This document shows, piece by piece, positions 36,700 through 44,951 of a DNA stretch of 44,951 bases (the stretch's first letter is position 1; each line of letters starts with the position of its first letter). Source of the stretch: Octopus bimaculoides (lineage: Eukaryota); contig NC_069002.1 in the NCBI RefSeq assembly GCF_001194135.2, forward strand, positions 35,778,723 through 35,823,673, written 5' to 3'. Under the pieces are notes generated by a model. That model saw only the letters and a program-made list of their open reading frames with translations. It made no database searches and had not been told where the DNA came from. Both the position numbers and the translations under genes were made by a program.

Positions 36700-37090
36700 G
36701 AAACGGCCCCAGAACCCGTCGCATGCGTTCCTCAGTATATCCCTGATGTGATCTTCAAATGCCTTGATCCTGATCACCAGCTCGGCTTTGGTGTTTCAGA
36801 TATTCCGGGTAATGCGTTTCTCAACCGCATCGCACACACACGGGATTACAATCGGGTGAGTTCGGAGGCCAGAAGTTGGAGTTGGTGAAGTCGGAGAAAT
36901 TCTCCAAGAACCACTTCTGACACTTCCTGGGAGTATGACAGGAGGCTGAATTCTATTGCTACACATATAGCGATGCAGCAGCAATCCTGGAACCACAGCC
37001 CCCAGCAGCTTCATATAGCCGTCTGAATTGGGAAGTACATTGGGAATGTGTCCTTTACTATAACCCTGGACCATCCAACACCATGTGAGT
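36700..37090 (-). mobile_element. Tc1/mariner transposase relic
   Basis: QNSASCHTPRKCQKWFLENFSDFTNSNFWPPNSPDCNP. Confidence 0.8.
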
Positions 37091-37135
37091 ATATTTTGTA
37101 GACAGAAATTATTTGGGAGCTCATCATCTTCTTTC

Positions 37136-37258
37136 TTTCACAAGAATAGTACTGACACTGATTTCGAAGTTTTGGTCAACTAAGCCATCAACGGCCAGTC
37201 TGATGATGGCTTAAATGGCGGAAACTTCGAAGTCACTGTTTCTACTATTCTTGTGAAA
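37136..37258. other. Imperfect 123-bp palindrome containing a minimal hammerhead-like motif
   Basis: 16-bp perfect terminal IR TTTCACAAGAATAGTA; CAGT-CTGATGA-14nt-GAAAC-TTCGAA-GTC-ACTG at 37196-37238. Confidence 0.6.
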
Positions 37259-37303
37259 CCAAAAGTACTGAGTAATCTTTCAGTTAAAAGTAAAATATAT
37301 ACA

Positions 37304-38143
37304 CAGTAATACCTCACTTTGTGGAGACGCGTGGCCTAGTGGTTAGGGTGTCAGCACCATGATCGTAAGATTGTGGTTTCGATTTCTGGACCGGGCAACG
37401 CGTGGTGTTCTTGAGCAAAACACTTCATTTCACGTTGCTCCAGTCTACTCAGTTGGCAAAAATGAGTAACGCTACAATGGACTGGCGTCCCGTCCAGCTG
37501 GGGAACACATACGCCATTGAAACCGGGAAACCGGGCCCATGAGCCTGGTTAGGCTTTAAAAGGGCGCATTTATTATTTATTATAATGCCTTACTTTACCA
37601 GGACCCGCTTTACGAGACCTCGGATTTAGGAGTTTTATTTTTCAAGCTCAAGATCTAAACTTTGAACGAAGTGCAAAAGTTTCTTCTACCATAAAAAATG
37701 ATTCTGTGTGTTACCGAGAAATTTATAGAGAGCGAAAACAAGTTTCTTTTAAGCAAACAACTCTAGTCCTGTTTTTTACAAAGAAATCTACTGGTCCGTC
37801 TACGAGTGCTTGTGAATCAGTGATCGTAACTACAAGTGATGGTGTGCGCGAGTCTAGAAGGAGTTAAAGTGATTTAGAAAACAATAATGATAATAGTAAT
37901 ATTTTTTTATTATAAATGATCTTGACATTCTTTTTACTTTAAATAAAATATTCTTTACATTCTGCTGTTGTTTTATTGCCATTTATTTACGAGTATTATA
38001 AATTTTACAGGTAAAATATTTTGCTGGGAATGAATTATAATTTATAACATTGCTACAATGGGAAATTATTTATCTGCTTTACGAGTTTTCTCATTACGAG
38101 CGTTCTCCGGGAATAGATTAACTCGAATGTCGAGGCATTATTG
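37304..38143 (+). mobile_element. pogo/Tigger-like non-autonomous DNA element, interrupted by a SINE
   Basis: Ends CAGTAATACCTC.. and ..CTCGAATGTCGAGGCATTATTG; internal ttacgag repeats. Confidence 0.6.
37321..37582 (+). mobile_element. tRNA-derived SINE with ~14-bp TSD
   Basis: Head GGAGACGCGTGGCCTAGTGGTTAGGG..GGTTTCGATT; TSD TAATACCTCACTTT (37307-37320) / TAATGCCTTACTTT (37583-37596). Confidence 0.85.
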
Positions 38144-38197
38144 CATATATAAGGCGAGCTGGCAGAATTGTTCACACGTCGGATGAAATGCTTATCA

Positions 38198-38254
<57 letters not shown>

Positions 38255-38256
38255 CA

Positions 38257-38600
38257 CAGGGTGTCCTACAATCTAAAAAGATTTATTACAAAGGAAATTG
38301 ATAAGATATCTTAATCAGACTTGTTCTATTGTACTCAGTGGTTTTCAAAGTGTTTAATCACATTGCATTTTTGTGTTTCATGCATCCTGCAGATTAAAGA
38401 GGCATTTTCCTGATTGAACCCCTAAGAAAGGGCTACTCCTCAAGAGAAGGCACAATGTGTAACATGGTTTGTTGAGACAAAATTGGATACGAAGGCTCGA
38501 CGAAACTACAGAACAAAGTATGGAAGAGATCCATCTTTACGTCCGTTAATTCGTGCGAGGCACAAGAAATTTATGGAGACAGGGACAATGTTAGATAGAC
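38257..38600 (+). mobile_element. Tc1/mariner 5' fragment (TIR plus N-terminal DNA-binding region)
   Basis: Starts CAGGGTGTCC after (TA)n; ATPQEKAQCVTWFVETKLDTKARRNYRTKYGRDP..RP.IRARHKKFMETGT. Confidence 0.75.
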
Positions 38601-38635
38601 AAAATAAGAGAAAGGGAGATCTTGTAACGAAAAGT

Positions 38636-38692
38636 TAGATACATAGACAGTCAGACAGACAGACGGGTTGGCAGTTAGGTAGATAGATAGAC

Positions 38693-38766
<74 letters not shown>

Positions 38767-39090
38767 GTCGGTAGGTGTGTAGGTAGGTAGGTAGGTAGGT
38801 AGATAGATCGTTAGACAGACAGACAGGCAGACAGGCAGGCAGGCAGACAGACAGGCAGGCAGACAGGCAGGTAGGCAGGCAGGCAGGTAGGTAGGTAGGT
38901 AGGTAGGTAGGTAGGTAAGTAGATAGACAGACGGGTGGGTAGGTAAGTAGGTAGGTAGGTAAGTCGATAGATAGACAGACAGGCAGGCAGACAGGCAGGC
39001 AGGTAGATCGGTAAGTAGGTATGTAGGTAGGTAGGTAGGTAGAGACATACGGGTAGGTACATAGATAGATAGATAGATAGATAGATAGAC
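38636..39090. repeat. Compound tetranucleotide repeat (GATA/GGTA/GACA/GGCA)
   Basis: Direct reading. Confidence 0.9.
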
Positions 39091-40289
39091 AGGGAGTACA
39101 CGTGTGAGAGAGATGGAAAGAAAGAAAGAGAGATGGGAGAAACAGAAAAGGAGAGGCGAGAGTTAGTGTGAATGTGAGAAAAAAATAAAACATGCGTTGA
39201 GCTGAATGAGAGTAAGAAGCGGTAAATAAAGAAACTGAGTGTGAGAGTAAGACATGAGAAAGAAAGAGCGATAGAGAGAGAGGTGGAGAAAGAAAGAGCG
39301 AGCGAGTGAGTGAAGCTAGAAAGCGAACACGGAGGAGAGAGGAAGAGAGTGATTGAGTGAAACTCACCAGTATAAGAAGGTAAATTAAATAACAGTTGCT
39401 CAGAGTGACCTCCCTTGAAAATTAAAAAAAAAAAAGAACTTGCATATTCCTGGTTTTGTAATTATTTCTTTTAATTGATTTCAGTCGTTGTATGTAGTTT
39501 TGTAGAACAGAAAATCGTTTGGAAATGGCTTTTTCATTCCATCATATCTGTCGAACGGCTTGGCGAACTTACTTCAGAGCCATTTCTCATAAGAATATTT
39601 CGGTAATTATGAAACCAAACTGCCAGGTTTTTGCTGGTTTGTGGCTTACACGTTTATATTTTTGTTTATAGGAACAAGTTGTCATAACAAATATAACCTT
39701 GAGAATTTATATATTCCCATTGTTGCTATTCACGTTGTTATTTAGTCCCGATTCAGTTGTGACTGAGTAGAGCTACAATCATTAATATTCCAACCTTGAC
39801 TGTTGAGAATTATATTTCTCGTGTCCGTGTTTTAGGACGGTGAGGTAGGCTACTATTTGAGGGACAATAAACGGCATAACTACAGATATATACCCCAACT
39901 CCAACTTGTATATTGAGAAGCTCTCTTCTTCGTTTGACACGTTAAAACACTATTGCTATTGTTGTTTGTGTTTATCTTCCTCTGTTGTAATTCCATTCAC
40001 CTCTATGAAACCTTATCATGTTAAAATGACATCTCGACTTCGTTCGTATTCGATTTTCAGCCATCACGGAAGGATAAAAAGCAAAGTTCACGTTGTTGTT
40101 AATTAACATCCTGATCAATTTAACAAGGGTTGTGAACGTTCCAACCATGACTTAATCATTTAACTCTCGGTGTTTATTTCGTTTTTTGAATTTTTTTTTT
40201 TTGTCTTTTATTCAGACATTGTTTATCTAGGCATACACTAACTAAAGTGTCTTTGTCGTTATGTAGACCCAGTAAAGTCCTTCTCCGAC

Positions 40290-40740
40290 ATTGCCCTTAT
40301 TTTATTGACCCCGAGAGGATGAAGAGTAAAGTCGACTTTGACAGGATTTGAACTCAGAACGTAAAGGCGGACGAAATGTTACTCGGCATTCTTTCGGCTC
40401 CCCAAACAAATAATGAAAAACGTTCTTGCTATGTCCGTCCCGTTTTATAATTCAGATACAGTCTATCTAGGACTACACTATTTAATGATTCTTTCCTCGT
40501 TTTTTAGCCCCAATAAAATACTCTTTTCTACTCTAGGCACAAGGCTCGAAATTTTGGGGGAGGGGGCCAGTCGATTAGATCGACCCAGTACGCAACTGGT
40601 ATTTAATTTATCGACCCCGAAATGATGAAAAACAAAGTCAACCTCGGCGGAATTTGAACTGAGAACGTAAAGACGGACGAAATACCACTAAGCATTTCGT
40701 CCGGCGTGCTAACGTTTCTGCCAGTTCACCGCTTTGCCCC
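40290..40740 (-). mobile_element. Two SINE family A copies (partial 40290-40400, full 40515-40740)
   Basis: Consensus match. Confidence 0.8.
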
Positions 40741-41359
40741 AATGAAATACTGATTCAGCAGACAAAATGTTTTAGCTCTGTCCATCTGCAGACATAGTAT
40801 ATCTTGGACTACGGTGTCTAATGTGTTTTCCCTTGTTTAGTCCCAGGTCAAACCTGATGTAACAGACAAACGGTAAAGATGATGCCGATGTGATCATTCA
40901 GACTTAATATATCTAGGACTACATTTTCCGAATGTGTAGTTTAGGCCTAGGCCTGGTCTTATTCAACCAACTAATGCTAAAAGTCTTCCAGCCTTGGCCA
41001 TCCTGTTTTATATCCAGAAAACGTGTATCTAGAACTGCATTATCTTGTGTCCCCCCTTGTTGTTGTGTTATGTCTGTTTTGATTGAGGATATCTGTTATC
41101 AACGATGTCCCAGCCTTGAATATCTGTCTTTTATTCGTTTAGAGCAAGGGTTCTCAACCATCTTTTCTTTATGGACCCCTTTGATTAATATTTTATTCTG
41201 ATAGACCCTCACCACCCCATAGGCATTCAATATTTGAAAACTAGTTTTATAGAAACTTCTTTCAAAATGCCTATTTTGTTTTTTTCACACATTAACTTGT
41301 GTAAGTTGAGCAATGTAAAATGTCAGAGAAAGAAACCCAGCTGTTTCTTGCAATGCATA

Positions 41360-41592
41360 ACAATACTCTTTACTCTCTTTTTACTCTTTCATTTGTTTCA
41401 GTCATTTGACTGTGGCCATGCTAGAGCACCGCCTTTTAGTCGAGCAAATCTACCCCAGGACTTATTCTTTGTAAGCCTAATACTTATTCTATCGGTCTCT
41501 TTTTGCTGAACCGCTAAGTTACGGGGACATGAACACACCAGCATCGGTTGTCAAGCGATGCTGGGGGGACAAACACAGACACACAAACATAT

Positions 41593-41632
<40 letters not shown>

Positions 41633-42030
41633 GGTGGTTGTCTACTCCTTAAACAGAGTTTGACCACCTCCTGCACCTACACCTTAGCCCTTTCATGGCG
41701 TCTGATGTGGCTTTTTAAACCAGACAGTGTTTTGAAAAAACACCCACACAGATTGCACCTCTGATTTGCACTACCAATACCTGCAAGTAAGTTCTGCTCA
41801 TTGTGGATCCTAACATGTCTTTTAAGACCCCCATTGGATTTGCAAACCCTCTGGCACACACCACATTCAACAAACACAAGTGCAGTTTCCGTCTACCAAA
41901 TCCACTCACAAGGCTTTGGTCAGTCCGAGGCTATAGTAGAAGACACTTGCCCAAGGTGCCATGCAGTGGAACTGAACCCAGAACCATGTGGTTGGTAAGC
42001 AAGCTACTTACCACACAGCCACTCCACTTT
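41360..42030 (-). mobile_element. SINE family B, full length, with nested insertion
   Basis: Tail 41360-41605 and head 41885-42030 match the 16745 copy. Confidence 0.8.
41632..41882 (-). mobile_element. 3' fragment of a probable RTE-type LINE encoding two C2H2 fingers
   Basis: ORF 41677-41877: CGVCQRVCKSNGGLKRHVRIH and CNLCGCFFKTLSGLKSHIRRH; short 3' UTR running into (TA)n. Confidence 0.5.
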
Positions 42031-43223
42031 TCCCCATGACTGCACTTGTGTTTGTTGAGTGTAAACAAAAGGCTCATTCAGACGGTGGCTTTTTTTTTCC
42101 AGCTCACTGTGTAACTATGTGTGGGCCATTCATTGTTCAGTAGATCAAGGAATTCTTATCTTGCTTGGAAACGAGCAAGGGTTGGTAACTGGAAGAGCAT
42201 CCAATCATAGAAAATCTGTTTCAATAAATTATATTTGTTCCATGCAAGCATGGAAAAGTAGACATTAAAAGAATGATGATGTTGATAGTGATGATGATGA
42301 TGAACAGTTTTTTTTTTAAATATTTTTCTTATGTCTTAATTCCAGGTCAAAACCTACTCCAAAGCAAGCATTTCTGAGAGTACTTTATTTGATTCCTTTT
42401 ATTCTGATGAAGAAAGAAAGAACATTCTAGATTGCTTCAACAAAGCATCAGAAATAGAATTGTTAGCTACCAGACATCTCAACAAAATCAAAAGTTCCTC
42501 TGTTATATCTCACCNNNNNNNNNNNNNNNNNNNNNNNNNNNNNNNNNNNNNNNNNNNNNNNNNNNNNNNNNNNNNNNNNNNNNNNNNNNNNNNNNNNNNN
42601 NNNNNNNNNNNNNNNNNNNNNNNNNNNNNNNNNNNNNNNNNNNNNNNNNNNNNNNNNNNNNNNNNNNNNNNNNNNNNNNNNNNNNNNNNNNNNNNNNNNN
42701 NNNNNNNNNNNNNNNNNNNNNNNNNNNNNNNNNNNNNNNNNNNNNNNNNNNNNNNNNNNNNNNNNNNNNNNNNNNNNNNNNNNNNNNNNNNNNNNNNNNN
42801 NNNNNNNNNNNNNNNNNNNNNNNNNNNNNNNNNNNNNNNNNNNNNNNNNNNNNNNNNNNNNNNNNNNNNNNNNNNNNNNNNNNNNNNNNNNNNNNNNNNN
42901 NNNNNNNNNNNNNNNNNNNNNNNNNNNNNNNNNNNNNNNNNNNNNNNNNNNNNNNNNNNNNNNNNNNNNNNNNNNNNNNNNNNNNNNNNNNNNNNNNNNN
43001 NNNNNNNNNNNNNNNNNNNNNNNNNNNNNNNNNNNNNNNNNNNNNNNNNNNNNNNNNNNNNNNNNNNNNNNNNNNNNNNNNNNNNNNNNNNNNNNNNNNN
43101 NNNNNNNNNNNNNNNNNNNNNNNNNNNNNNNNNNNNNNNNNNNNNNNNNNNNNNNNNNNNNNNNNNNNNNNNNNNNNNNNNNNNNNNNNNNNNNNNNNNN
43201 NNNNNNNNNNNNNNNNNNNNNNN

Positions 43224-43260
<37 letters not shown>

Positions 43261-44269
43261 GTAGTGGATCTTGCATGCATGAAGTGGATTCGATCCACCA
43301 TAGCCAAATTTAAATTAACAGTTCAACAGAACTTTTCTCACGGTGGAACAATGGTTTTTCTCTGACAGCAGTTTTACATATTCCAGATGCCTTTAGCTAG
43401 GCCGAAATAATGTCTTCACCACTTGACCCTTTCTAACCGCTTCTACTTCACCAAAAGCTAGAATGGAAATATCACAGTACCGCCAACGAAGCTGATTGTT
43501 CTCAGCGATATGTCTATCCTCCTGGATAGTTATAAAAGCAAGAACCCCAAGCAAAAAGACAGTCAGTCGGTTCGTGACACCTCAATAAGTTAGTTAGCAG
43601 ATGACAACTGAGTCAGAGACAGCTATCATCAGTTAGGGAGTGGAACACTAGAATCATGATTACAATCATGGCCACTACTAAAGACAGTGGTCAGCAAGAG
43701 AAATGAAATTTACTTTCAGCAACTGTGAGGCGCGCGCGTTACTATCAAACACTAATAGTGAGTGCTCAACACCGCATTGTTAGATAAAGATTCTTTATTT
43801 GTTGATTAAGACAACCATTGGTTTTATGCTAAGGACCATCTCGATAATTTTTCAAGCCTATCACATGGGAACATCAGTGTTCGTCTCCATTTTGGATTAA
43901 AACACAAAAAGTCCCAGAGTCGCAATAAATTCATGCGAGAACATAGATAAACCAAGAAAAAAAAAAAAAAACGCTATCAAGGGGAACTACTCTTGGATGA
44001 TTATCTCCCTTGGTTTCGTCTTCTTGGAAAAATTGAAACACCAGTATTTTTATATATACACACCTACATTAATATTTAAATTTTGCAGTTCTAAAATTTA
44101 CACTTCCATATTTACATGTATGATCACCTGGTTGCTTGTTTATCACAAGTTTTGGCATCAAAATTTTGCAGCTTTGGTCGTTTCGTATATTTTGTGTGTA
44201 TATTCCTAGATTAGTATATATATTTTTTCGTTTCAGTCTATGTAGTATATATTTTTTCTTGTGTTTTTC

Positions 44270-44951
44270 TTTTGTGCATCTACATACATCCACATGCATG
44301 TACATGCACAAATATGCATACAACACACACACATATATATACATGTACACATATATGTATATATATCTATATCTATGTATGTGTATTTATAAGAATGTGT
44401 TTATGTATGTGTCCGTATGTATATCTATGCATGTATATATATTTATATATGTATGTCATTGACTCTGTCAATTATCAGAGCTGCGTTCTTTTTGTTTGTT
44501 TGTGTTCATGTGTATACATATGTATGTATGTATGCATGTATGTATGTGTGTGTATCCATACATATATGTATACATGTGTCTACGTTTGTATGTATGTATT
44601 CTGCATAGTCATGTGTTTGTGTGTTCATGTTTGTGTATTTGTGTGCATACCTCTGTCTTGTGTGTGCACGTTTGAGTGTGACTATGTGTATACGCTTGTG
44701 TGATTATGTACCTTCACCTGTTATGTATGGATGTGAGTCTACATATGTGTCCTTGTGTGTTAAGTGCGTGTGTATATGGTCATGTTTCAGTCTTCATTTG
44801 TGTGTGAGTGTGTGTTCTGGTTTGTCTGTATTACGCATATACCTATCAATCTACTTATCTATCTATTTACTTACATATCCATTTACCTTCACACATGTAG
44901 GTGTAGGTAAATGGATATGTAAGTAAACAGATAGATAAGTAGATTGATAGG
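44270..44951. repeat. Degenerate (TG)/(TATG)/(TATC) low-complexity tract
   Basis: Direct reading. Confidence 0.8.

Noticed and set aside
43261-44060. Non-microsatellite stretch that might be another gene or a retroelement
   Set aside because: No convincing motif or exon recognised by eye; needs BLASTX.

Overview
Eukaryotic, AT-rich genomic DNA with many microsatellites, SINEs and N-gaps. The repeat content is most consistent with an octopus/coleoid cephalopod draft assembly (inference). The one host gene I can support is a minus-strand, multi-exon indoleamine 2,3-dioxygenase (IDO / IDO-like myoglobin family) gene, from ATG 28912 to TAG 702. I reconstructed 12 coding exons by hand with phase-consistent splice sites. 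Two more expected exons (equivalents of human IDO1 exons 3 and 8) are absent from called bases, and each interval contains exactly one N-gap, giving a predicted 14-exon gene of about 402 aa. Notable details are a conserved 15-nt micro-exon, a GC-AG intron, a decayed partial copy of exon 1 and distal-pocket substitutions. The rest is repeats: tRNA-derived SINE families, Tx1/L1-like LINE fragments, mariner/Tc1/pogo relics, a Penelope GIY-YIG fragment, hammerhead-like motifs, foldbacks and simple repeats. Repeat boundaries are approximate. Human IDO1 comparisons are from recalled knowledge, not a run alignment. I see no clearly new multi-gene system.
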